A stretch of 64,000 nucleotides of DNA from the human T2T-CHM13v2.0 reference genome, Homo sapiens, in assembly GCF_009914755.1 (NCBI RefSeq), contig NC_060929.1. One strand, given 5' to 3'. Within the stretch, counting starts at the first letter, position 1, and each line of letters opens with the position of its first letter. Both the position numbers and the translations under genes were made by a program. Shown in pieces: positions 14,365 to 31,097 of the stretch. The notes under the pieces were generated by a model. That model had not been told where the DNA came from. It ran no database searches and was given only the letters and a program-made list of their open reading frames with translations.

Positions 14365-14622
14365 GGATAGCTAACATTAATTTACCATTAACCTAAATTT
14401 TTACTATGAATAAGGTACTCTCCTAAGCATTCTACACATAGCAAGTTAACTTGGTCTTCACAAAACCTCGGTAAGATAGGTGCAATTATTAATTCTCTTT
14501 TGCAGATGAGGACACTGAGACCCTGAGAGCTTAACTAACTTGCCCAAAGTGACTCAGTTGATAAAGGGGGGAGCCAGAGTTTGAATCCGGGCAGTCTCAC
14601 ACTGGGGTCCTTGTTCCTGCAC
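14365..14622 (-). mobile_element. MIR SINE
   Basis: 'tttgcagatgaggacactgaga...taacttgcccaaagtgactcag...tttgaatccgggcagtct'. Confidence 0.8.
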
Positions 14623-15881
14623 TTCATCTAAAGTTTCTCATCATGGTGGGATGAAGGATTAGGCATATGAGATTGCAGCCTGCTTCACACCAAGGTCTGT
14701 GCAGAATCAAACTCCCACCCAATTTTAGGGAGCTTCAATCTAAAGTCATGTCCCCATCTGTGAGGTCTGATTCCTTGCCCTCATTTATGGGATTTATTAC
14801 TCACTACCTAAAATACAGTTTGGGTGGTCTGGAGATCACTCAAATTCAGCGTTCAACTATTTAAACTCAATTGACTTTTTAAATTTATTTTTTATTTCAA
14901 TAGTTTTTTGGAGAACAAGCAGCATTTGGTTACATGAATAAGTTCTTTAGTGGTTATTTCTGAGATTTTGGTGCACCCATCACCCAAGCAGTGTACACAG
15001 CACCCAATGTGTAGTCTTATCCCTTACATCCCTCCCACCCTTTCCCCAGCATCCCCAAAGTCCAAAGTATCATTCTTATGCCTTTGTGTCCTTATAGCTC
15101 AGCTCCCACATGTGAGCAAGAACATACAATGTTTGGTTTTCCATTCCTGAGTTACTTAGCTTAAAATAATCGTCTCCAATTTCATCCAGATAGCTGAAAA
15201 TGTTATTATTTCATTCCTTTTTATGGCTGAGTCATATTCCACGGTACATGGAATATATATATATTATATATATATATAAGTTATATATAATATCTAATAT
15301 ATAGATATTTTATTTACATATATATAAACGTGAGACATCACATTTTCTTTATCCTCTCATTGATTGATGGGCATTTGGGCTGGTTTTATATTTTTGCAAT
15401 TGTAAATTGTGCTGCTATAAACTTTCATGTATAAGTATACAAGTATCTTTTTCCTATAATGACTTCTTTTCTTCTGGGTAGATACCTAGTAGTGGGATTT
15501 CTGGATCAAATGGTAGATCGAATTTTAGTTCTTTAAGGAATCTCCACACTGTTTTCCATAGGGGTTGTACCAGTATACATTCCCACCAATGGTGTAAAAG
15601 TGTTCCCTTTTCATCGCATCCCTGCCAACATCTTTTATTTTTTGATTTTTTTAGGTGAAATAACTATTATTATTATTATTATACTTTAAGTCCTAGGGTA
15701 CGTGTGCACAACATGCAGGTTTGTTACATATGTATACATGTGCCATGTTGGTTTGCTGCACCCATTAACTCATCATTTACATTAGGCACATCTCCTAGTG
15801 CTATCCCTCCCCACTACCCCCACCCCATGATAGGCCCCGGTGTGTGATGTTCCCTTTCCTATGTCCAAGTGTTCTCATAGT

Positions 15882-19706
<3,825 letters not shown>

Positions 19707-19769
19707 TATGATGTTAGCTGGTTATTTTGCTTGCTAGTTGATGCAGTTTCTTCCTAGCCTGGATGGTCT

Positions 19770-20777
19770 TTACGATTTGGCCTGTTTTTGCAGTGGCTGG
19801 TACGGGTTGTTCCTTTCCGTGTTTAGTGCTTCCTTCAGGAGCTCTTTTAGGGCAGGCCTGGTGGTGACAAAATCTCTCAGCATTTGCTTGTCTGTAAAGG
19901 ATTTTATTTCTCCTTCACTTATGAGGCTTAGTTTGGCTGGATATGAAATTCTGGGTTGAAAACTCTTTTCTTTCAGAATGTTGAATATTGGTCCCCACTC
20001 TCTTCTGACTTGTAGAGTTTCTGCTGAGAGATCCGCTGTTAGTCTGATGGGCTTCCCTTTGTGGGTAACCCGACCTTTCTCTCTGGCTGCCCTTAAAATT
20101 TTTTCCTTCATTTCAACTTGGTGAATCTGACAATTATGTGTCTTGGAGTTGCTCTTCTCGAGGAGTATCTTTGTGGCATTCTGTGTATTTCCTGAATTTG
20201 AATGCTGGCCTGTCTTGCTAGGTTGGGGAAGTTCTCCTGGATAATATCCTGCAGAGTGTTTTCCAACTTGGTTCCATTCTCCCCATCACTTTCAGGTACA
20301 CCAATCAGGTGTAGATTTGGTCTTTTCACATAGTCCCATATTTCTTGTAGGCTCTCTTTTTACTCTTTTTTCTCTAAGCTTCTCTTCTCACTTTATTTCA
20401 TTCATTTGATCTTCAATCACTGATACACTTTCTTCCAGTTGATTGAATCGGCTACTGAAGCTTGTGCATTTGTCACGTAGTTCTCATGCCGTGGTTTTCA
20501 ACTCCATCAGGTCATTTAAGGACTTCTCTGGATTGGTTATTCTAGTTAGCCATTTATCTAATCTTTTTTCAAGGTTTTTAGCTTCTTTGCAATGGGTTTG
20601 AACTTCCTTCTTTAGCTCGGAGAAGTTTGATCATCTGAAGCCTTCTTCTCTCAACTCATCAAAGTCATTCTCCATTCAGCTTTGTTCCGTTGCTGGTAAG
20701 GAGCTGCATTCCTTTGGAGGGGGAGAGGTGCTGTGATTTTTAGAATTTTCAGCTTTTCTGCTCTGTTTTTTCTCCAT
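19770..20777 (-). pseudogene. Disrupted L1 ORF1 (RNA-binding/chaperone)
   Basis: Fragments KRPNLHLIGVPE...RHIIVRFTK (20108-20329) and MKEKILRAAREKGRVTHKGKPIRL (19770-20111) lie in different frames. Confidence 0.9.
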
Positions 20778-21806
20778 CTTTGTGCTTTTATCTACCTTTG
20801 GTCTTTGATGATGGTGACGTACAGATGGGGTTTTGCTGTGGATGTCCTTTCTGTTTGTTAGTTTTCCTTCTAACAGTCAGGACCCTCAGCTGCAGGTCTG
20901 TTGGAGCTTGCTGGAGGTCCACTCCAGACCCTGTTTGCCTGGGTATCAGCAGCAGAGGCTGCAGAACAGCGAATATTGCTGATCAGCAAATGTTGCTGCC
21001 TGATCATTCCTCTGGAAGCTTCGTCTCAGAGGGGTACCGGGCTGTGTGAGGTATCAGTCTGCCCCTACTGGAGGATGCCTCCCAGTTAGGCCACTCGGGG
21101 GTCTGGGACCCACTTCAGGGGCAGTCTGTCCATTTTCAGATCTCAAACTCCATGCTGGGAGAACCACTACTCACTTCAAAGCTGTCAGACAGGGACATTT
21201 AAGTCTGCAGAGGTTTCTGCTGCCTTTTGTTTGGATATGCCCTGCCCCCAGAGGTAGAGTGTACAGAGGCAGGCAGGCCTGCTTGAGCTGCGGTGGGCTC
21301 CACCCAGTTCAAGCTTCCTGGCCACTTTGTTTACCTACTGAAGCCTCAGCAATGGCAGGTGCCCCTCCACCAGCCTCGCTGCTGCCTTGCAGATAGATCT
21401 CTGACTGCTGTGCTAGCAATGAGTGAGGCTCCATGGGTGTGGGACCCTCTGAGCCAGGCACGGGATATAATCTCCTGGTGTGCTGTTTGCTAAGACTGTT
21501 GGAAAAGTGCAGTATTAGGGTGGGAGTGACTCCATTTTCCAGGTGCCGTCTGTCACCACTTCCCTTGGCTAGGAAAGGGAATTCCCTGACCCCTTGTGCT
21601 TCCCGGGTGAGGCGATGCCTCTCCCTGCTTCGGCTCACACTCGGTGGGCTGCACCCACTGTCCTGCCCCCACTGTCTGACAAGCCCCAGTGAGATGAACC
21701 TGGTACCTCTGTTGGAAATGCAGAAATCACCCATCTTCTGCATCGCTCATGCTGGGAGCTGTAGACTGGAGCTGTTCCCATTCGGCCATCTTGGAACTGC
21801 CACCCG
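20778..21806 (-). promoter_or_regulatory. L1PA 5'UTR internal promoter (sense and antisense promoter region, YY1 motif)
   Basis: YY1 site 'caagatggcc' at the element 5' end (21784-21793 on -); ORF0 start on + at 21352. Activity cannot be shown from sequence, and many CpGs have decayed. Confidence 0.7.
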
Positions 21807-24269
21807 TATTTTTTGATTTTTTTATAGTGGCCTTTCTTGCTGGAGTGAGGTGTTATTACATTGTGATTTTGATTTGCATTTCCCTGATAGTTAATGATAT
21901 TGATGATTTTTCCATATGCTTCTTATCCATTTGTATATCTTCTTTTGAGAATTTTCTATTCATATTCTTAGCCCATTTTTTGATGGGATTGTTTATTTTT
22001 ATCTTGCTGATTTGTTTGAGTTCTTTGTAGGTTCTGGATATTAGCCTTTTGTCAGATGTATAGATTGTGAAGATTCTCTCCCACTCTGTGGGTTGTCTGT
22101 TTGGTGATTACTTCTTTTGCTGTGCAGAAGCTTTTTAGTTCAATTATGTTCCAGCTATTTATCTCTATTTTTGCTGCATTTGCTTTTGAGTTCTTGGTCA
22201 GGAAGTCTTTGCCTAAGTCAATGTCTAGAAGGGTTTTCTGATATTATCTTCTACACTATTTATGGTTTCAGGTCTTAGATTTAAGTCTTTAATCCATCTT
22301 GAGTCGATTTTTGTGTAAGCTGAGAGATGAGAATCCAGTTTCATTCTTTTATATGTGGCTTGACAATTATCCCAGCACCATTTGTTGAAAAGGATGTCCT
22401 TTCCCCACTTTAGGTTTCTGTTTGCTTTGTCAAAGATCAGTTGGCTGTAAGTATTTGGCTTTATTTCTGGGTTCTCTATTCTGTTCCATTGGTCTTTGTG
22501 CCCATTTTTATGCCAGTACCATGCTGTCTTGGTGACTATGGCCTTATAGTATAGTTTGAAGTCGGTTAATGTGATGCCTCCACATTTATTCTTTTTACTT
22601 AGTCTTGTTTTTGTTGTGTGGGCTCTTTCTTGGTTCTATATGAGGAACTGTTCTTCATTCTGTGAAGAATGATGGTGGTATTTTGATAGGAATTGCACTG
22701 AATTTGTATATTGCTTTTGGCAGTATGGTCATTTTCATGATATTGATTCTACCCATTCATGAGCATTAGATGTGTTTCCATTTGTTCGTGTCATCTATGA
22801 TATCTTTCAGCAGTGTTTTACAGTTTTCCTTGTAGAGGTCTTTTACCTCCTTTTTGGGTATTTTCATAAGTATTTTATTTTATTTTATTGCAGCTATTAT
22901 AAAGGGGTTGAGTTCTTGATTTGATTCTCAGCATGTTTACTGTTGATGTATAGCAGAACTACTTATTTGTGTATATTAATTTTGTATCTGGAAACTTTGC
23001 TAGTTAATTTACCAGTTCTAGGAGTTTTTTGGATGAGTCTTTAGGGTTTTCTAGGTATACGGTCATATCTTCAGCAAAAAGCAACAGTTTGACTTCCTCT
23101 TTACCCATTTGGATGCCCTTGATTTCTTTCTCTTGTTTGATTGCTCTCGCTAGAACTTCTGATAATGTGTTGAATAGAAATGGTGAAAATGGGCATCCTT
23201 GTGTTGTTCCAGTTCTCAGGAGGAATGCTTTCAACTTTTCCCCATTCAGTATAATGTTGGCTGTGGGTTTGTCATAGATGGCTTTTATTACCTTAAGGTA
23301 TGTCCCTTCTATGCCTATTTTGCTGAGGGTTTTGATCATAAAGGGATGCTAGATTTTGTCAAATGCTTTTCTGCAGCTATTGAGATGATCATATGATTTT
23401 TGTTTTTAATTCTGTTTATGTGGTGTATCACATTTATTGACTTGCAGATATTAAACCTTCATTGCATGCCTGGTATGAAACCCACTTGATCATGGTGGAT
23501 TATCTTTTTGATATGCTGTTGGGTTCAGTTAGCTAGTATTTTGTTGAGGATTTTTGCTTCTAAGTTCATCGGGGTATTGGTCTGCAGTAATATCTCCTTT
23601 TTTTTTTTAATTGAACTTATTTGGATCTCCTCTCTTCTTTTCTTGGTTACTCTCACTAATGGTCTATCAGTTTTATTTATCTTTTCAAAGAACCAGCTTT
23701 TTGTTTCATTTATCTTTTTTTATTTTCTTGTTTCAATTTCATTTAATTCTGCTCTGATCTTTGTTATTTCTTTTCTTTTGCTGGGTTTGGGTTTGGATTG
23801 GTCTTGTTTCTTCAGTTCCAAGAGGTGTGACCTTTGATTGTCTGTTTGTGCTCTTTCACACTTTTTGATGTAGGCATTTAATGCTATGAACTTTGCTCTT
23901 AGCACCACTTTTGCTGTATCTCAGAGGTTTGATAGGTTGTGTCACTATTATAGTTCGGTTCAAATAATTTTTAAATTTCCATCTTGATTTCATTGTTGAC
24001 CCGAAGATCATTCAGGAGCAAGTTATTTAATTTCCATGGTTTTGAGGGTTCCTTTGGGAGTTAATTTCCAATTTTATTCCACTGCACTCTAAGAGAGTAC
24101 TTGATATAATTTCAATTTTCTTAAATTTACTGAGACTTGTTTTGTGCCTCATTATATGGTCTATCTTGGAGAATGTTCCACGTACTAATGAATAGAATGT
24201 ATATTCTGCAGTTGTTGGGTAGAATGTTCTGTAAAAATCTGTTAAGTCCATTTGTTCTAGGGTATAGTT

Positions 24270-24580
24270 TTTTGTTTGTTTGTTTTTGTTTTTGTTTTTT
24301 GAGACAGAGTCTCACTGTGTCACCCAGGCTGGAGTTCAGTGGTGCAATCTCGGCTCACTGCAACCTCTGACTCCCAAGCTCAAGCAATTCTCTGCCTCAG
24401 CCTCCTGAGTGGCTGGGACTACAGGCGCTCACCACCATGACTGGCTAATTTTTTGTATTTTTAGTAGAGACAGGGTTTCACTATCTTGGCCAGGCTGATC
24501 TTGGACTCCTGACCTCGTGATCCACCTGCCTTGGCCTCCTGAAGTGCTGGGATTACAGGTGCAAGCCACCACACCTGGCC
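24270..24580 (-). mobile_element. AluS nested in L1PB
   Basis: Full dimer with (TTTG)-type tail. 12-bp TSD TAGGGTATAGTT (24258-24269) / TAGTGTATAGTT (24581-24592). Confidence 0.92.
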
Positions 24581-27501
24581 TAGTGTATAGTTGAAGTCCA
24601 TTGTTTCTTTGTTGACTCTCTGTCTTGAAGACCTATCTAGTGCTGTCAATGGAGTATTAAAGTCCTCCACTGTTATTGTGTTGCTGTCTATTTCATTTCT
24701 TAGTTAGGTCTAGTAGTAATTGTTTTATAAATTTGGGAGCTCCAGTGTTAGGTGTATATATATTTAAGATTGTGATATTTTCCTGTTGTAATAGTCCTTT
24801 TATCATCATATAATATCCCTCTTTGTCTTTTTTAACTGCTATTGATTTAAAGTTTGTTTTTCTGATGTAAGCATAGCTACTCCTGCTCACTTTTGGTGTC
24901 CATTTGCATGGAATATCTTTTTCCACCCCTTTACCTTAAGTTTATGTGAGTCCTTATGTGTTAGGTGAGTCTGCTGAAGACAGCAGAAACTTGGTTGATA
25001 AGTTCTTATCCAATCTTCCATTATTTGCATTCAATATTAGTATTGAGATGTGAGGCACTATTCTATTGTGCTATTTGTTGCCTGAATACCTCGTTTATTT
25101 TTCATTGTTCTATTGCTATATATGTCCTGTGAGATTCATGCTTTAAGGAGGTTCAATTTTAATGTATTTTGAGGATTTGTTTCAACATTTAGAGATCATT
25201 TTAGCAGTTCTTGTAGTGCTGGCTTGGTAGTGGCGAATTCTCTTAGCATTTGTTTGTCTGGAAAAGACTGTATCCTTCCTTTGTTTATAAAACTTAGTTT
25301 TGCTGTATGCAAAATTCTTGGCCAATAATTGTTTTGTTTAAAGAGGCTAAAAATAGGACCCCAATCCCTTCTAGCTTGTAGGGTTTCTAATGAGAAATCT
25401 GCTATTACTCTGATAGGTTTTCCTTTATAGGTCACCTGGTGCTTTTGCCTCACAGCTCCTAAGATTATTTCCTTCATCTTAACTTTAGATAACCTTCTGA
25501 CTATTTGCCTAGAGAATGATCTTTTTGACATGAATTTCCCTGGTGTTCTTTGAGCTTCTTGTATTTGGAAATCTAGATCTCTAGCAAGGCTGGGGAAGTT
25601 TTCCTCAATTATTTCCTCAAGTATGTTTTCCAAGCTTTTAGATTTTTCTTCTTCCTCTGGAACACCAGTTACTCTTAGGTTTGGATGCTTAACATAGTCC
25701 TAAACTTCTTGAATCCTTTGTTCACTTTTAAAAATTATTTTTTCTTTGTCTTTGATGGATTGGGTTAATCTGAAAGCCTTGTCTTTGAGCTCTGAAGTTC
25801 TTTCTTCTGCTAGTTTGATTCTATTGCTGAGACTTTCCAGTGCAAATTGCATTTTTCTAAATGTGTCCTTGATTTCCAGAAGTTGTGATTGTTTTTTATT
25901 TATGCTACTTATTTCACTGGAGAATTTTCCTTTCATACCTTGTATCACGTTTTTAATTTCTTTAAGATGGGGTTCACATTTCTCTGGTGCCTCCTTGATT
26001 AGCTTAATAATCAACACTCTGAATTATTTTTCTGGCAATTCAGAGGTTTCATTTTGGTTTGGATCCATTGCTGGTGATCTGGTGTAATCTTCTCGTGGTG
26101 TTGAAGAACCTTGTTTTGTCATATTACCAGAATTATTTTTCTGGTTCCTTCTCATTTTGGTAGACTATGTCAGAGGGAAAATCTGGGACTCAAGGGCTGT
26201 TGTTCAGATTCTTTTGTCCCATGGGATGCTCCTTTAATGTGGAATTCTCCCCTTTCCCCTTGGGATGAGATTTCTTAAGAGCTGAACTGCAGTGATTGTT
26301 TTTGCTCTTCTGGGTCTAGCCACCCAGTGGATCTACTGGGCTCTGGGCTGGTACTGGGGAGTGTGTGCAAAGAGTACTGTGGTGTGATTTGTCTTCAGGT
26401 CTTTCAGCTATGGTTACCAGCACCTGCTCCAGTGGAGGTAGCAGGGGAGTAAAGTTGACCCTGTGAGGGTCCTTGGTTGTAATTTTTGTTGAGTGTACTG
26501 GTTTTGTGTTGATTGGCCTCCAGCCAGAAGGTGGTGCTTTCAAGAGCGCATCAGCTGTGGTACTATAGGAAGGAAGTAAACTTGCTCTAGGGTTACCTGG
26601 TTATGTATTTAGGTTTCTCAGGCAGTGGGCAGGGCCATAGAGCTCCCAAGAGATTATGTCCTTTGTCTTTGGCAACCAGGGCAGGTAGAGAAATACCACC
26701 AGGTTGGGGCAGGGATAGGCATGTCTGAGCTCAGCCTCTCTTTGGGGGCTTGCTGCAGATGCTGTGGGGGATGGAGGTGTGGTTCCAGGCCAATGGAGTT
26801 ATGTTTCCAGGGGGATTACGGCTGTCTCTGCTGAGTCACACAGGTCACCAGGGAAGTGGGGAAAGCTGGCAGTCACAGGCTTCAACCCACTTTCGTGCAT
26901 CCTGCAGTCCTAAAGGCATGTCTCATTCCCATTATGCACCCCCACCAACAGCACCGAGTCTATTTCCAAGCAGCCAGTGACCAGAGTTGAGAACTTGCTC
27001 CATACCCCGAGGCTTCCTGCTGGGAAAACAAGCAGACTCACAGTTTTTGGCATTTGGGGAGCCTGCAGTGGCAATACAGTTCCCTCAAAGGGTCTGCGGA
27101 TTCTCCTGAAATTATCTTTTATCTCATTAGATTCAGTCATTCCAATCACTTGAAGAATCTGGGTGGGGATATAGTCCAAAAGGCCAAGAGTTATATCCCT
27201 CTGACTGTGATGACTTTGTCTTCTCTGTTGTTCACTAGGTGAGCAGTTATGGCTTGTATTGTGGAAGTTGTTCAAGTAGGCAGCACTGTCCTATTACAGA
27301 AAAATTATAAATCCCTATTTCCTAGTTATAATATTCTCCATCTTGTTCTGATGGTTAAAGATTTACATATATACATACAGTTTTGTTACAGCATTAGGTT
27401 AATATGGGCGAGGGGAGAGTATTATATGTGCATCCCAAAGCTGAACATTGTATAAGATCTGGGAAGGGAATAAATGATGGAAACAAAATCAGATAGGCAA
27501 C

Positions 27502-27861
27502 TGTATTAATCCATTTTCATGCTGCTGATAAAGACATACCCGAGAGTGGGTAATTTATATAGAAAAAGAGGTTTAATGGACTCACAGTTCCACATGGCTG
27601 GTGATGCCTCACAATCATGGCAGAAGAGCAAAGGACGTCTTACATGGTGGTAGACAAGAGAGAATGAGACCCAAGTGAAAGGGGTTTTCCCTTATAAAAA
27701 CTATCAGATCTCATGAGACATATATTTCCACAAGAACAGTGTAGGGGAAACTGCCCCCATGATTCAATTATCTTCTACCAGGACCCTCCCACAGTACATG
27801 AGAATTATGGGAGCTACAATTCAAGATGAGATTTGGGTGGGGACACAGCTAAACCATATCA
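27502..27861 (-). mobile_element. THE1 (THE1B-like) MaLR solo LTR
   Basis: 360 bp with TG...CA ends; 'gctgctgataaagacataccc', 'gagatttgggtggggacacag'. Perfect 5-bp TSD GCAAC at 27497-27501 and 27862-27866. Confidence 0.93.
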
Positions 27862-28419
27862 GCAACTTAGAAGGAGCCAAAGGCAGATCATGGGAGAGGG
27901 CAAGTTCTTACAAATTCCTCTATACCACTTACTCAAAACTAAGTGTTCAAAGGAACTAGATTCAGAGCAAGTTAGCAAATGGGGATAGGAGTACAAGATT
28001 TTTATTACCAATTAAGTGTCCATATTTGTGACCCTCATTTGTGACCCTGTGAAGCAGCAGAGATCCTCACAAAGTATTGGGCATGGAAAGATGAAACTGC
28101 AAGACTCCAGCAGCAGCTCTTTTTTTCTTGAACAAGTCCCAGAGGCTGTGCGGAAGATGTCATGGTGCCAAGGCTCAACCTAATAGGGTAGCTCTCTCTA
28201 GTCTCCACCAGAGGGGAAGCGATTATTTCTATCAGACTCTAAGATGTTACCCTTTCTTTGCGGTAGAGAGCAGAAGGATGCTGAACCCTCAGGCATGATA
28301 TAATCACTGGAGAGTGCAGACCCAACACATTCCCTTTGGTGAGCCAGGGCTACCCCCTTCTGGTTATAAATTTTATAAGACAGAGAAACTTAAAAAAGAA
28401 AGAAAAAAAGAACCATTGA

Positions 28420-29720
28420 CAGAGAAGTGACTAATGTAATTGATCTAACAAAAATCTATGATAAAAATAATTAAAACAGTGTGTTTATTGGTGGAGAAAT
28501 TAATAAATAGATCATTAGAATAAAACAGAGGATATAGAAACGGTTCCAAGTAGATACAGAAATTTAGCTTAGGGAACAGATTGAATTTCACAGGGAAAGA
28601 AAAAGAATGGCCTATTTTCCCTTCAAATGGATAACTAGTAGTCTCAATGTCATTGATTTAATAAAGCTAGATGTGCCCCAACTCTCTGTTCCCAGCATCA
28701 AAATATAACTGAGATGGGCTGAAGAATGCTGTATTAAATACAATGATAATATTAGATGAAAATGAACAAGAATATTTTGATGGCTTTGGAGTGAGTTAAG
28801 TCTTCCTACGTAGAATACAAAATGTCAGAAGTTTGAAAAAGCTGTTCACAGATGTGTAAAATAAATTTAAACTCTCTGTATACAAAAGGCATAAGAGAAG
28901 TTAAAAAAAAATAAGCAACATTTTAAAAAATTGCTGAGTATTTGAAATTTTTCTTAATGAAATTTGGGGAAAAATAAGCAACATACTAAGAGAAAATGTT
29001 TATCACAAAAATTATAGGCAGGATTAATATTCAGAATATAAAAAAGCTATAAATGCCAGAAAAATTGAGAAAGAATAGAGATAGGCAATTAACATGAAAA
29101 GAAATGCCAACAGACTATAAACATATGAAAAGTTGTTCAACTTGACTAGTAATCAGGGAAATGAAAATTAAATCAACAATTAGCTCACATTTTTTATTCA
29201 TTAGATTGGAAATAATTAAACATATTGATCATATTCAGTGTTGTTGTTAAGGAAACAGACACTCTCATATACTCTTGTTTGGTGTATTCATTGCAAAGTC
29301 ATTTTGAGGGTAACTTGGAAGTATTATCAGTGCTTTAAATATGTACATTCCTTAATCCAGAAAATCTGTATCTCATAATTTATTCTCAAGGAAGATGTAT
29401 TTTCTTCAAGATTCATGGAAAAGCATTGGGAAAAATGTCCATCACTAGAAGAATAGTTCAAAAAAACTGTTGATACACATAACCACTGCCTTCAGAAAGA
29501 ATATCATAAATCTTTATGTACTGACACAAAAACATTTGCATGGCATTTTTCTTTTATTTAACTTTTATTTTAGGTTTAGGGGTACATGTGCAGGATTGTT
29601 AGGCATTTTTCTTTGTCAGTGAGAAAGGCCAGTCAGAAAACAATTCATAGAACATGATTTTCATTATAAGTAGAGAAAGAAAAAATATTTGTTTTACATA
29701 GAAAACATGACTGGAAGGAT
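28420..29720 (+). mobile_element. Old L1M (L1MD/ME-like) ORF2-end and 3' fragment
   Basis: 'aattaaaacagtgtg...aatagatcattagaataaaacagag' and 'aacatatgaaaagttgttcaacttgactagtaatcagggaaatgaaaattaaa' follow L1 ORF2 3' order. Confidence 0.75.
29555..29601 (-). mobile_element. 47-bp extreme 5'-truncated L1PA insertion
   Basis: 'aacttttattttaggtttaggggtacatgtgcaggattgtta' is the L1PA 3' terminus. Perfect 13-bp TSD GGCATTTTTCTTT at 29542-29554 and 29602-29614. Confidence 0.85.
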
Positions 29721-29949
29721 GACAATCACAATGTCTCACCTCTCTCTCACCCAGCAATTCTGGCTTTCTAATATTTTGAACATGCCAGCCTCTCTCTCAA
29801 CTCACAGAACCTTTTTCTTTTTTAAAACACTTTTCCTTTGACTCTTCAGGAGGCTGCCTCGTTCTCATCCATGAAGCGTCGTTATTCGTATAGTGATCAT
29901 TAGCCATCCACCTCCACCACATAGTAACAATTTTCTTGCTTCTCTTCCT

Positions 29950-30375
29950 AAATGGACCACAATTTTCCTTTTCAAGTGGCTTTGATAGGACTAATCCCAT
30001 GTTCAGTTCCCGGAATGGGTCATAACTAGCTTAAGCCAATCAATGTATTCCATCTTCCTGGCTAAAACTATTGATTTAGGAATGGGCCAGGTCAGTTCAA
30101 GTAGAACAATGAAATTTCATTCTATGGTTTGTAGGGTTGATGAGGTAACAGCTAGGAATGAGAAAAGTTACAGTACTAGCTGTTGCTGTAGGATATCTCA
30201 TGTCAGGGAGAATGGAGCCCAACTGAGAACAGTACCAATGCTGAGGTAGCTAAGCCAATAATTGGAGCAAGCACCCAGTTCTTTGATAATGTCATTTGAA
30301 TGGCTGAGTCAAACTGTGCCTCTGGATGTTTGGTTAGAGTCCCTAGGCTTTCTGTGACTTGCAAAAGCATTACCA
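29950..30375. mobile_element. Old MaLR LTR (MLT1J/K/L-like) within L2 remnants
   Basis: 'cataactagcttaagccaatcaatgtattccatcttcctggc...tgatttaggaatgggc'; L2-like pieces at ~29730-29820 and ~30430-30550. Confidence 0.5.
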
Positions 30376-31097
30376 CCACCCATACCTGAAGGAACCCTCT
30401 CTAGCTCATCTTTTTTCCCTCTCATAAGTGGTCTTTGTACCACTCTAGAAGGTAAGCACTGTAAGGACAGGTATGCATCTGTCATAATTACTGTTATAAC
30501 TCTATAATTAAAACTCAGTATTTTTGAATGATTAGATAAATGAATGAGTCAAAGTAAAGGATGCTATGGTATGACCTTCATGTTTTGCCGTGTATACTTA
30601 CGTATCACTTGAATCTTTTACCTAAATGATATACTATGCATTATTTTTAAAATGTTTAGTAAAAGGTTAAAAAAAAGGTTTGAAGAAATATACTTCCAAA
30701 TGTTTATATTATGTAATTATATTAATAGAAAGTATCTGTGATAGTGAGATTATGGTTGGATTCCTTTCTTCTTCATATTTTTCTGAATTTTCTAAAATTT
30801 CTACAATAAACATACATTGCCTTACAATATTTTTAAAAGGAACATTTTAAAAACACTCTGAGGTCAGTAACAGCGGTCCTAAGTTGAGAATTAGACATCC
30901 CATTGTGGGCAAACAAGAACAATGTTGGTCAAAGAGAGACAAATTCAGAGTCTACAGGAATTAATCCCTCAGCTACCCAGGGGAAGGGTATTAATGAGTC
31001 CCTTAATGAGGAGGAACATAGTAGAGCTATAAAGGGTCATTATAATTTGTTGGTATTGTCTCTATGCAGCAAACCTTCTGTAGTCTTCAGCACAGAA

